Below, piece after piece: positions 16,733 to 26,475 of a DNA stretch of 64,000 nucleotides (positions within the stretch are counted from its first letter, which is position 1; every line of letters begins with the position of its first letter). The translations under genes and the position numbers were made by a program. The stretch lies in assembly GCA_050949505.1 (NCBI GenBank), contig JBMNFV010000001.1, forward strand, positions 222,284-286,283. Direction: 5' to 3'. The DNA comes from Patescibacteria group bacterium. Lineage in GTDB: Bacteria > Patescibacteriota > Patescibacteriia > Patescibacteriales > UBA12465. The notes below the pieces were generated by a model, which was not told where the DNA came from, did not search any database, and was given only the letters and a program-made list of their open reading frames with translations.

Positions 16733-19700
16733 ATGACTAAAAGAAAATATTTTTCTGAAGTAAAAGAAGCTTTGCCAATGCCAGATTTAATAGAAATTCA
16801 GAAAGATTCTTATCACTGGTTTCTAAAAGAAGGTTTATTGGAATTGTTTGATGAAATCAATCCAATCACTGACTTCATTGGCCGTGATTTAGAATTGTAT
16901 TTAGACGACTACTATTTAGACGAACCTAAGTTTAGTGAAGCGGAGAGTCATGAAAAAAATATTACCTATGAATCTCCTTTGCGAATCAAGACTAGGTTAG
17001 TTAACAAAAAGACTAAAAAGGTGATCAGCCAGGAGGTCTTTCTAGGAGACCTACCGTTAATGACTGATAAAGGAACCTTTATTATCAATGGGATTGAGCG
17101 AGTGGTGGTTTCACAGCTGATTAGAAGTGCTGGGGTAATGTTTTCTTCAGAGTTTGTTAAGGGCAAAAAATGTTATGGCGCCAAAATTATCCCTAACCGA
17201 GGAGCTTGGCTAGAAATAGAGACGGATGCTAATAAAGTGTTGTGGGTTAGAATAGATCGTAAGCGAAAGGTGGCCGTTACCTCTTTGCTACGAGCCTTTG
17301 GCTATGAAACTGATGAAGAGATCAAGAAATTGTTTGCCGAAGTTGATCTGGTTAAGGACCAAGACGAACCTACTTACATTGAAGCCACGATAGAAAAAGA
17401 TTTGGCTAAAAATGAAGCTGAAGGACTGCAAGAAGTTTATCGTCGCATTCGTCCCGGAGACCTGGCTTCAGTGGAAAATGCTCGCCAATTAATTCATTCC
17501 ATGTTTTTTAGATTTGATCGCTATGACTTTGGCCGAGTGGGGCGCTATAAATTAAATCGTCGCTTTAATTTAGATTTACCTAGTAATAAAAAAGAGTATC
17601 GCATTTTGCGTCGTGAAGATCTAGTTTTGATTATTAAAGAGGTAATTAGATTGAATATCACTAAAGAGCCAGAAGATGACATTGATCACTTAGGTAATCG
17701 GCGAATCAGGGCGATTGGGGGCCTAATTCAAAATCGCTTCCGAGTGGGGCTAGCGAGAATGGAAAGAATTATTAAAGACCGGATGTCTACTGGAGAGGTT
17801 TCCTCCTTAACTCCTTCTAAGCTAATTAATTCCCGACCAATTATTGGAGTGGTGAGAGAATTCTTTATGTCTTCACAGTTATCTCAGTTTATGGATCAGG
17901 TTAATCCGCTAGCTGAACTGGAGCACAAAAGAAGGTTGTCGGCCATGGGCCCCGGGGGACTAACTAGAGAGCGAGCTGGTTTTGATGTGCGTGACGTGCA
18001 CACTACTCACTATGGTCGTATTTGTCCGATTGCTACTCCAGAAGGACCGAATATTGGTTTAGTTGGTCACTTAGTGTCTTATGCTAGATTAAATTCTTAT
18101 GGCTTTTTAGAGACCCCTTATCGCAAGATAGTGCATGAAAAAAAGGGTAGTCGGGTAACTGATGAGATAATCTACTTAGATGCCTTTGAAGAAGAAAAAT
18201 ATATTACCGTTGACGCCACAGCGCCAGTTGATGACCAAGGTTATTTCTTGGTAGATAAATTTGAAGTGAGGCGTTTTGGTCATCCGGACATGGAAGAGGT
18301 GGGAAAGATTGACTTAATGGGAGTGGCCGCTAATCAAATTATTTCTATCGCTACTTCTTTGATTCCGTTTACGGAACACAATGATGGACAGCGATCACTA
18401 ATGGGAACGAATATGCAACGCCAAGCAGTTCCTTTACTAAAGTCAGAGGCGCCAATTGTGGGTACCGGAGTGGAGGCCCGAGCCGCTCGGGATAGTGGTC
18501 ACTTAGTGATTGCTAAAGAGGACGGAGAAGTGATTACCGCTGAAGCCGCTTTGCTAGAGGTGAAAAACAAAAAAGGGGGAATAGATAGTTATCCACTTAA
18601 TAAATTTGTGCGCTCTAATTCATCCACGTGTATTAATCAGCATCCAATAGTTACGGTTGGCGAGAAGGTTAAAAAAGGTCAGGTCCTCTCAGATGGACCA
18701 GCCATTGATGAAGGAGAGCTGTCCTTGGGGAAGAATGTTTTGGTGGCCTTTATGACCTGGGAGGGCTTTAACTATGAAGACGCGGTTATTATCTCCGAGC
18801 GCTTGGTAAAAGAAGATGTTTATTCCTCTATCCATATAGAAAATTATACTATTGATGTTCGCGATACTAAATTAGGGCCAGAGGTGGTCACTAATGATAT
18901 TCCTAATATCAGTGAAGAGAAATTAAAAAACTTAGATGAAGATGGAATAATTAGAATTGGCGCCGAGGTCTCTAGTGGCGATATTCTAGTTGGTAAAATT
19001 ACCCCCAAGGGAGAGACAACTCTATCAGCGGAGGAAAGATTATTGCGAGCTATCTTTGGTGAGAAAGCTAAAGACGTGAGAGACTCTTCTTTGTATTTAG
19101 AGCACGGTGAGCATGGCAAGGTGGTGGATATCAAGGTATTTTCTCGAGAAGAAGGAGACAAGTTGTCAGCGGGAGTCTTGCAGTCAATTCAAATTTCGGT
19201 AGCTAATTTAAGAAAAATTCAAGTAGGCGATAAAATGGCCGGACGTCACGGGAACAAGGGAGTTATTTCTCAAGTAGTGCCAGTTGAAGATATGCCTTAC
19301 ACTGCCGATGGCACCCCAATAGATGTTATTCTTTCTCCTTTAGGAATTATCTCTAGAATGAACCTAGGACAGTTATTAGAAACCCATTTAGGCTTTGCTG
19401 CTCATAAGTTAGGCTACAAGGTTGCCACCCCAGCTTTAAATGGTGTCAGTGAAGAGCAGATTAAGGAGGAATTAGTTAAGGCGGGCTTACCTGAAGATGG
19501 CAAGATTACTCTTTATGATGGGAAGACAGGCGAGCCTTATGACAACAAGATAACGGTTGGCCATAAATATGTTCTAAAACTAAATCACATGGTGGAAGAC
19601 AAGATTCACCAACGCTCCATTGGCCCTTATTCGCTAATCACTCAGCAGCCACTAGGAGGAAAGGCGCAGTTTGGTGGTCAAAGATTTGGAGAGATGGAAG

Positions 19701-20017
19701 TCTGGGCCCTAGAAGGCTATGGCGCCGCTCACACTTTACAAGAAATGCTTACCATTAAGTCAGATGATGTTCCCGGACGATCTAAGACTTATGAGGCGGT
19801 TATCAAGGGGGAGGAAATAGAGAAGTTAAATGTTCCCGAGTCATTTAATGTCTTAATTAGAGAATTAAAAGGCTTAGGCCTTAATGTAGACTTGCTTAGC
19901 AGTCAGAGTAATCAACCAGCTTCAGAGGTGATTACTGACCTAGATCAAGAAGAAGAGTCAGACAGGGCAGAAGAGGAAACTACTAAAGAGGCGGAAGTTA
20001 GTGAAGAGGCTAGTTAG
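16733..20017 (+). CDS. rpoB: DNA-directed RNA polymerase subunit beta
   Basis: 1094 aa. Unmistakable RpoB blocks, e.g. GDKMAGRHGNKGVIS and FGGQRFGEMEVWALEGYGAAHTLQEMLT. Confidence 0.99.
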   Translation: MTKRKYFSEVKEALPMPDLIEIQKDSYHWFLKEGLLELFDEINPITDFIGRDLELYLDDYYLDEPKFSEAESHEKNITYESPLRIKTRLVNKKTKKVISQEVFLGDLPLMTDKGTFIINGIERVVVSQLIRSAGVMFSSEFVKGKKCYGAKIIPNRGAWLEIETDANKVLWVRIDRKRKVAVTSLLRAFGYETDEEIKKLFAEVDLVKDQDEPTYIEATIEKDLAKNEAEGLQEVYRRIRPGDLASVENARQLIHSMFFRFDRYDFGRVGRYKLNRRFNLDLPSNKKEYRILRREDLVLIIKEVIRLNITKEPEDDIDHLGNRRIRAIGGLIQNRFRVGLARMERIIKDRMSTGEVSSLTPSKLINSRPIIGVVREFFMSSQLSQFMDQVNPLAELEHKRRLSAMGPGGLTRERAGFDVRDVHTTHYGRICPIATPEGPNIGLVGHLVSYARLNSYGFLETPYRKIVHEKKGSRVTDEIIYLDAFEEEKYITVDATAPVDDQGYFLVDKFEVRRFGHPDMEEVGKIDLMGVAANQIISIATSLIPFTEHNDGQRSLMGTNMQRQAVPLLKSEAPIVGTGVEARAARDSGHLVIAKEDGEVITAEAALLEVKNKKGGIDSYPLNKFVRSNSSTCINQHPIVTVGEKVKKGQVLSDGPAIDEGELSLGKNVLVAFMTWEGFNYEDAVIISERLVKEDVYSSIHIENYTIDVRDTKLGPEVVTNDIPNISEEKLKNLDEDGIIRIGAEVSSGDILVGKITPKGETTLSAEERLLRAIFGEKAKDVRDSSLYLEHGEHGKVVDIKVFSREEGDKLSAGVLQSIQISVANLRKIQVGDKMAGRHGNKGVISQVVPVEDMPYTADGTPIDVILSPLGIISRMNLGQLLETHLGFAAHKLGYKVATPALNGVSEEQIKEELVKAGLPEDGKITLYDGKTGEPYDNKITVGHKYVLKLNHMVEDKIHQRSIGPYSLITQQPLGGKAQFGGQRFGEMEVWALEGYGAAHTLQEMLTIKSDDVPGRSKTYEAVIKGEEIEKLNVPESFNVLIRELKGLGLNVDLLSSQSNQPASEVITDLDQEEESDRAEEETTKEAEVSEEAS

Positions 20018-20055
20018 GTCTCAGTATTATTTTAAATTATTTTTATTTTTAAAAT

Positions 20056-23000
20056 ATGTTAAATCCAATTAAAACTAGCGATTTTGACGCTATTCGCCTT
20101 AAACTAGCTTCCCCCGAAGAGATTGCCAGCTGGTCACACGGTGAAGTCACTAAGCCAGAAACAATTAATTACCGAACCCAAAAGCCAGAGAGAGATGGAC
20201 TGTTTTGTGAGAAGATTTTTGGGCCCATTAAGGATTGGGAGTGTTCTTGTGGTAAGTATAAAAAGATTCGCTACAAAGGAATAGTCTGTGATAAGTGTGG
20301 AGTGGAAGTGACTCGTAGCGCCGTCCGCCGAGAAAGACTAGGCCATATTTCCTTACAAGTCCCTGCCTCACATATTTGGTTTTTAAGAGGCTTGTCATCT
20401 AAGATCGGTTTATTATTAAACCTCGGCATTCAATCTTTAGAAAAGGTAATCTATTACGCTAACTTTATTGTCACTGAGGTAGACGAAACCCTTAAGGAGG
20501 CCACCTTAGAGCAGATTAAGGCGGAGTATAAATCTAAGCAGAAAAGCATTAACAACGAGTATCAGGTTCAGTTAAAGAAGTTAACCGAAGAAGAGGGTCA
20601 AAGTGAGCTTAGTGAAAAGGACTTAGCTAAAGAGAGGGCTGATAAGCTAGAGCGGCTAGAGGCGGACTTTAGTACTACCCAAAAAGAACTAAAGGACCTT
20701 AAGCCTTTATTAATTTTATCAGAGCTAGATTATCAAAACTTAAGCCTAAAGTTTGGTCATATTTTTGAAGCCGCTATTGGCGCTGAAGCCATTAGATTGT
20801 TGCTGGAGAAAATAGACCTTCAGGCGAGTATCAAGAATCTAGAAGCTAAGCTAGAAGAGGCCACGGAAACGAAAAAAGAAAAATTAATTAAGCGCCTTAA
20901 GCTTTTAAAGAGTTTTCGCAATAACAATATTCGTCCCGAGTGGATGATCATGAAGACTTTGCCAGTAGTTCCTCCAGATCTAAGGCCAATGGTCGCACTA
21001 GATGGTGGCCGATTTGCTGCTTCAGATTTAAATGACCTGTATCGTCGGGTAATTAATCGCAATAATCGCTTAAGGCAATTAATTGAATTAAATGCTCCAG
21101 AGGTTATTTGTCGTAATGAAAAGAGAATGTTACAGGAGGCGGTGGATGCCTTAATTGACAATAGTGCCAGACACACTAAAACAGTTACTGCCTCTACTAG
21201 TCAAAAGCGACAGCTAAAATCTTTAGCCGATACTCTTAAGGGCAAGCAGGGACGTTTTCGTCAAAACTTGTTGGGTAAGCGAGTTGACTATTCGGGACGT
21301 TCAGTGATTGTGGTTAATCCTAAATTAAATCTTGATCAGTGTGGCTTGCCGAAAATTATGGCCTTGGAGCTATTTAAGCCTTTTATTATCTCACAGTTAA
21401 TTAAGCGGGAGATTGTTCATAATGTTCGCAGTGCCTCTCGCTATATTGAAGCTGGCCATGAGGAGGTTTGGGATATATTAGAAGAAACTGTTAAAGAGGC
21501 TTACGTGCTGCTTAACCGAGCTCCGACCTTGCATCGCTTGGGAATCCAAGCTTTTAAGCCAGTCTTAATTGAAGGAAAGGCGATTCAAATTCATCCGCTA
21601 GTCTGTACGGCTTTTAACGCTGACTTTGATGGAGACCAGATGGCGGTTCATGTTCCCTTGACTAAAGAGGCGAGGCGAGAAGCGGCTGAATTAATGTTAT
21701 CAACTCACAACCTACTTAAGCCCGCTACTGGGGACCCAATTGTAGCTCCCGGACAGGATATTGTTTGGGGAACTTATTACCTAACCTTAGTTGGAGCAGA
21801 ATATGAGCAACGGGAGGCCAAGGAGATGCCCTATTTCTATAGTGAAGAAGAAGCAATTTTAGCCTACGAGAATCATTTCATTAAACTACATGAGGCAATT
21901 AATGTTAGGTATAATGGGGAAATGCTTAAGACTAGTATAGGACGCTTGATCTTTAATTCATTGCTACCTGAAAAACTACGCTACATTAATGAGATCGTTG
22001 ACAAGGGAAAGCTGAAAGATTTAATTAAGGAAAGCTTACGACTATATGAGGAGGCTGAAACGGTTAAATTTATTGATGGCCTAAAAAATAGCGCCTTCGC
22101 CTTTATTACCAAGTCAGGACTGTCTTGGGGCTTTGGCGACCTACCAGAGTTGCCAGAAAAAGATCGCTTAGTAGAGGAGGCTAATAAAAAAGTAGAGTTA
22201 ATTCAAGAGCAATTTGAAGACGGACTGCTGACTGAGAGTGAACGCTATGCCAAGGTGATTGAAGAGTGGACTAATGTTAAGGAAAAAATTTCTGATATTT
22301 GTAAGGAAGAATTAGTTAATGTTTTGCCCGTATATTCAATGATCGACTCGGGGGCCCGAGGTTCTTGGGCTCAGCCAGTTCAGATTTTAGGAATGAAAGG
22401 CTTGGTGACCTCGCCTTCAGGGGCAATTATTGAGTTGCCGGTTAAGGGTAATTTTAAGAAAGGCTTTGGAGTGTTGGAATATTTCATTTCCACTCACGGA
22501 GTGCGAAAAGGTTTGTCAGATACCGCTCTAAGAACGGCTAACGCTGGGTATCTAACTAGACGATTAGTGGATGTCTCTCAGGACGTAATTATTGCTGAAG
22601 ATGATTGTGGTGATCAAGAGGGAATTAATCTTAACCGTGCAGAAATAGAGGCTGGAGGTGATGACTTCTTTAGACAGTTAACTGGTCGCTATTTAGCTAA
22701 AGACCTTAAAGATAGCCGGGGAAAAACTTTGCATTTAGCGGGAGAGCTAGTCAGTGATGAACTAGTTGAGAAGCTAAAGAGCCTAGAGATTAATGAGGCT
22801 GATGTTCGTTCGGTCTTAAATTGTCAGGTTAATAAAGGGGTTTGCGCTAAGTGTTATGGTTGGGATTTGGCCTATAATAAGCCGGTGAAAATGGGAGCCA
22901 CGGTAGGGATTATTGCCGCGCAGTCTATTGGTGAGCCAGGAACGCAGTTAACGATGAGAACTTTCCATTCAGGAGGAGTAGCGGGAGATGACATTACTCA

Positions 23001-23985
23001 AGGACTACCCCGAGTGGAAGAAATTTTTGAAGCCCGAAGTCCAAAAAAGAAGGCCTTGATGGCCGATGTGGCTGGTCGGGTTAAAATTGAATTTGCCCAA
23101 AAGACAATTACTGATGCCCAGGGGAAAGAAATTTTAGTTAACAATCCTCAAGCTAAAATTTTAAACATTATTTATCGCGGCGAAGACCAGGAGAAGTATT
23201 ATTTCTCAGAAAAAGTTAATGAGGTTAAGTTAGCGACAGGGGCGACTGCTAAGGATAAAAAGAAGTTAGAAGTTAAGGTTTTAGTTAAAGAGGGGGATAA
23301 AGTTTCCCGAGGGACAGAATTATTTAAAGTTGGCAGTGAAGTGGTTAAAGCCAAGAGCTCAGGGAAAGCGGCAATTGATCCAAAGTATGTGGGAATTATC
23401 AAGGAGGTTGATAAGGTCAAGGAGTTTCCTATTATGAAAGGCACCTTGTTAATGGTTGATGAGGGAGACCAGGTTGAGCGAGGGACACAATTAACTGAAG
23501 GTAGCTTGGACTTAAGAGAGCTATATAAATTAAAAGGCCGACTAGAGACACAGAAGTATATTATTAAAGAAATTCAATACGTTTACTCTTCTCAAGGCCA
23601 GCCACTTAATGATAAGCATATTGAAATTATTGCTAGGCAAATGTTTTCTCGCTATTTAATTAAAGATGCGGGAGAGACTAATCTATTGCCAGGTGAAACA
23701 GTTGAGGACGAGATTTTAGCAGAAGCCAATAAGTTGGCTAAAAAGAAGCCAGCCCAAGCAGAGAGGTTATTAATGGGAATCACTAAAGCCTCCTTAACGA
23801 CTGACAGCTTCTTATCGGCCGCTTCTTTCCAAGAGACCTCTAGAGTCTTAATTGATGCGGCGGTTAATGGTAAAATTGATTATCTAGACGGCTTAAAAGA
23901 AAATGTTATTATTGGTCGCCTTATTCCAGCAGGAACTGGTTATCAGGGAAAAAAGAAACGCTTTGACTATAAATTAGATGCTTAA
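20056..23985 (+). CDS. rpoC: DNA-directed RNA polymerase subunit beta'
   Basis: 1309 aa. Zn-finger CSCGKY...CDKCGVEV, catalytic NADFDGDQMAVH, trigger-loop and bridge-helix blocks. Confidence 0.99.
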   Translation: MLNPIKTSDFDAIRLKLASPEEIASWSHGEVTKPETINYRTQKPERDGLFCEKIFGPIKDWECSCGKYKKIRYKGIVCDKCGVEVTRSAVRRERLGHISLQVPASHIWFLRGLSSKIGLLLNLGIQSLEKVIYYANFIVTEVDETLKEATLEQIKAEYKSKQKSINNEYQVQLKKLTEEEGQSELSEKDLAKERADKLERLEADFSTTQKELKDLKPLLILSELDYQNLSLKFGHIFEAAIGAEAIRLLLEKIDLQASIKNLEAKLEEATETKKEKLIKRLKLLKSFRNNNIRPEWMIMKTLPVVPPDLRPMVALDGGRFAASDLNDLYRRVINRNNRLRQLIELNAPEVICRNEKRMLQEAVDALIDNSARHTKTVTASTSQKRQLKSLADTLKGKQGRFRQNLLGKRVDYSGRSVIVVNPKLNLDQCGLPKIMALELFKPFIISQLIKREIVHNVRSASRYIEAGHEEVWDILEETVKEAYVLLNRAPTLHRLGIQAFKPVLIEGKAIQIHPLVCTAFNADFDGDQMAVHVPLTKEARREAAELMLSTHNLLKPATGDPIVAPGQDIVWGTYYLTLVGAEYEQREAKEMPYFYSEEEAILAYENHFIKLHEAINVRYNGEMLKTSIGRLIFNSLLPEKLRYINEIVDKGKLKDLIKESLRLYEEAETVKFIDGLKNSAFAFITKSGLSWGFGDLPELPEKDRLVEEANKKVELIQEQFEDGLLTESERYAKVIEEWTNVKEKISDICKEELVNVLPVYSMIDSGARGSWAQPVQILGMKGLVTSPSGAIIELPVKGNFKKGFGVLEYFISTHGVRKGLSDTALRTANAGYLTRRLVDVSQDVIIAEDDCGDQEGINLNRAEIEAGGDDFFRQLTGRYLAKDLKDSRGKTLHLAGELVSDELVEKLKSLEINEADVRSVLNCQVNKGVCAKCYGWDLAYNKPVKMGATVGIIAAQSIGEPGTQLTMRTFHSGGVAGDDITQGLPRVEEIFEARSPKKKALMADVAGRVKIEFAQKTITDAQGKEILVNNPQAKILNIIYRGEDQEKYYFSEKVNEVKLATGATAKDKKKLEVKVLVKEGDKVSRGTELFKVGSEVVKAKSSGKAAIDPKYVGIIKEVDKVKEFPIMKGTLLMVDEGDQVERGTQLTEGSLDLRELYKLKGRLETQKYIIKEIQYVYSSQGQPLNDKHIEIIARQMFSRYLIKDAGETNLLPGETVEDEILAEANKLAKKKPAQAERLLMGITKASLTTDSFLSAASFQETSRVLIDAAVNGKIDYLDGLKENVIIGRLIPAGTGYQGKKKRFDYKLDA

Positions 23986-24008
23986 AGATTGAAAAATAAG
24001 GAGAGAAA

Positions 24009-24031
24009 AAAAGGGGTAAAACCCCTTTTTT
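24009..24031 (+). terminator. Rho-independent terminator after rpoC
   Basis: Stem AAGGGG/CCCCTT with loop TAAAA, followed by a T-run (24026-24031), 24 nt after the stop. Confidence 0.75.
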
Positions 24032-24047
24032 GGTATAAAGTAATTTA

Positions 24048-24076
24048 TTGTCAGAAAGGCAAAAATAGAGTAGAAT
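24048..24076 (+). promoter_or_regulatory. Putative sigma-70 type promoter, near-leaderless
   Basis: TTGTCA (24048-24053), 17-nt spacer, TAGAAT (24071-24076). ATG at 24086 is 9 nt after the -10 hexamer. Confidence 0.45.
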
Positions 24077-24085
24077 GATAGTATT

Positions 24086-25585
24086 ATGAGCAAAAAATAT
24101 TTTAAAAATTGGCCCCTAACTAGGCAGCTAAGAGGAGGATTCGGGGTTATTTTAGCTAGTCTAATATTAGTTTTATTATTTTTGAAAATAGTGCCTAATG
24201 GGCAAATTAAGTATTTTCGTGATTTTTCTCAAACGCCAATAATTGGCCGAGGCTTTATTGCCAATCTTGACCCTAAAGATAGAGTGGTAGTGGGAGATGA
24301 GTCATATCCGCAGATAATTGGTGACCCAGCTTATTTCTACGTCTTTACTCCCCGGACTTTTGATCGGGTTGATTTAAAAATAACTTATCAAGATAACTTA
24401 AGCATAGACTTGCCGATTATTGAAGCTGGAGTGCTAATGGATAAAGACCTCTGGCAATACAATCTACAACCTTTGAGCAATAAGTTTTTAGACTATTTAA
24501 GTTTGCGCTGGTCTAAGTTAGAAGCAGATGACTTATTATTGCTCCAAGAAACACCACATTATTCTAGTCTAAGTGATTTTCAGGCTGACTTAGCGAAGCG
24601 AAGTTTAGCGGGCTGTCAGCAGGGATTAGATAATTGCTTAGCGGTCTATAATTATGATTTGCCGTTTGATTATCAAATTAGTAATTATCAATCACGAGAT
24701 CCACTGGAAATAAAGCAGCTCTTACAAGGACCGCATCAATTTTATATTTATCACGCCCCCGGAACCTTGAACTTAGAGGTGGATTTTAGCCGAGAGACAG
24801 CTAAGAGTCAGCTACGACCACTAGAATTAATTCTCTTTTCTGCTGGAACAGAGCTTGCTCGGGAAACCATTTCGGAGGCTGAATTTTTAGCCACTGAGAG
24901 TCGGGGGGAGGTAAATAAAATAAGATTGTCGGTGCCCAACCTGCCGCTAGGAGTGTATAAGGTGGCGCTTAAAATTAGTGATGAAACTTTAATTAAAAGA
25001 ATTTACGTAACGGACAGCAAGCTGGCATTTAGTGGCAGACTGTGGTTAGCTAAAACAGATCAAGAAGCACCACTAGAACTATTTACAGATAGCAATAATT
25101 TACAAGTTAAGGTGATGGCTGCGGATAGTTTGCAAAGAATCATTTTTGGCGAAGAGGAACTGTTCTTAAATTCAGTTTATCGTCAAGAAGAGCAAACTAT
25201 TGCGACTACGGGTTTAAATAGGATATTTTTAGAGAGGCCTGGATTAATTTTAGCTAACAATGGAGTGTTCGCCTTTACTAAAGAGAGCTTATTTAATCCA
25301 GAGTTAAAAAAAGTCGATCGTTATTTCTCTATTCCTAGCGCTCCCCCATATATTATTGCTAAATATCAGAAGCCAGAGGAAGAGGAGCGAGTTAAGACTG
25401 CCGAGTTATCCTTTAATTTACAAGGAGCTCAACGCGACCAAGGGCGTTATCGTTTTATGATTTCGGTGCCAGGACTGAGAGTGGAGGACCCCGGTCAGGG
25501 CGGGGTGGAGATACAGTCTGTGGAGCTTAAGTTTTCAGGACGAACTTTGGGACAGAAAATTAAGTCTTTACTAAGGCATGACTAA
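24086..25585 (+). CDS. Hypothetical membrane-anchored extracytoplasmic protein (first gene of glycosylation cluster)
   Basis: 499 aa with one N-terminal TM (FGVILASLILVLLFLKIV). I recognise no family motif. Overlaps the next gene by 8 nt. Confidence 0.55.
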   Translation: MSKKYFKNWPLTRQLRGGFGVILASLILVLLFLKIVPNGQIKYFRDFSQTPIIGRGFIANLDPKDRVVVGDESYPQIIGDPAYFYVFTPRTFDRVDLKITYQDNLSIDLPIIEAGVLMDKDLWQYNLQPLSNKFLDYLSLRWSKLEADDLLLLQETPHYSSLSDFQADLAKRSLAGCQQGLDNCLAVYNYDLPFDYQISNYQSRDPLEIKQLLQGPHQFYIYHAPGTLNLEVDFSRETAKSQLRPLELILFSAGTELARETISEAEFLATESRGEVNKIRLSVPNLPLGVYKVALKISDETLIKRIYVTDSKLAFSGRLWLAKTDQEAPLELFTDSNNLQVKVMAADSLQRIIFGEEELFLNSVYRQEEQTIATTGLNRIFLERPGLILANNGVFAFTKESLFNPELKKVDRYFSIPSAPPYIIAKYQKPEEEERVKTAELSFNLQGAQRDQGRYRFMISVPGLRVEDPGQGGVEIQSVELKFSGRTLGQKIKSLLRHD

Positions 25586-25775
25586 GCAGACTAACAAAAA
25601 TATTATTATTCAAGAGTTATTTTATTTCCTAAGTTTCACGGTCTTAATTTTCTTTGGCCTAGAGCTTATTTGGCCTAACTTTATTATTGCTTACCTAAAT
25701 CTTAATTACCTAGTAATTTTATGGTTAGGGGTAGCAATTATTTATTTAAATTCAAGAAATAATGTCTCAAGCTAA
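25578..25775 (+). CDS. Small two-TM membrane protein
   Basis: 65 aa, two hydrophobic helices. It overlaps both neighbours (8 nt and 14 nt), which suggests translational coupling. Confidence 0.45.
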   Translation: MTKQTNKNIIIQELFYFLSFTVLIFFGLELIWPNFIIAYLNLNYLVILWLGVAIIYLNSRNNVSS

Positions 25776-26475
25776 GAAGGTCATTGTTGTTTTGCCTGCC
25801 TATAATGCTAGCGCCACGCTCAGACTAACGGTAGAGGATATTCCAGAAATAGTGGATGAGATTATTTTAGTTGATGACCGAAGTACTGATAATACCTTAG
25901 AAATTGCTCAAGAATTAGGGCTAACAGTTTTTCCCCGAGCAATTAATGAAGGCTACGGTGCTAATCAAAAAGATTGCTACCATCTAGCGCTAGAGCGCGG
26001 GGCCGAGATAGTGATCATGATTCACCCAGACTATCAGTATGACCCTAAATTAATTCCCTTTTTTGTAGAATTTATTACCAAGGATTATTATGATTTAGTT
26101 TTGGGAACAAGGATTAGGAGCCGACGAGAGGCCTTAGCGGGAGGGATGCCGAGATACAAATACCTAGCCAATCGTTTGCTCACTATTTTTGAAAATTTAG
26201 TCACGGGCCAGAATTTATCAGAGTGGCACACGGGTATGCGAGCTTATCGGCGAGAGGTTCTAGAAACAATTGATTGGCAGAACAATTCAAATGATTTTGT
26301 TTTTGATAGCGAGATGTTGTTTAAAGCAGTGGCTAAAAAATATCGCTTGGGAGAAATAGCGGTACCGGTTAAGTATTTTCCGGAGGCCTCTTCAATTAAC
26401 TTTTGGCGTAGTTGGCGTTATGGCTGGCAGACGGTGGGAGTGGCGATAAAGTATTTATTAGGTAGGTACAAATAA
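25762..26475 (+). CDS. GT2 family glycosyltransferase (polyprenol-phosphate sugar synthase-like)
   Basis: 237 aa. VVLPAYNASATL...ILVDDRSTDNT...HPDYQYDP are typical GT-A/GT2 DPM1-like motifs. Confidence 0.85.
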   Translation: MSQAKKVIVVLPAYNASATLRLTVEDIPEIVDEIILVDDRSTDNTLEIAQELGLTVFPRAINEGYGANQKDCYHLALERGAEIVIMIHPDYQYDPKLIPFFVEFITKDYYDLVLGTRIRSRREALAGGMPRYKYLANRLLTIFENLVTGQNLSEWHTGMRAYRREVLETIDWQNNSNDFVFDSEMLFKAVAKKYRLGEIAVPVKYFPEASSINFWRSWRYGWQTVGVAIKYLLGRYK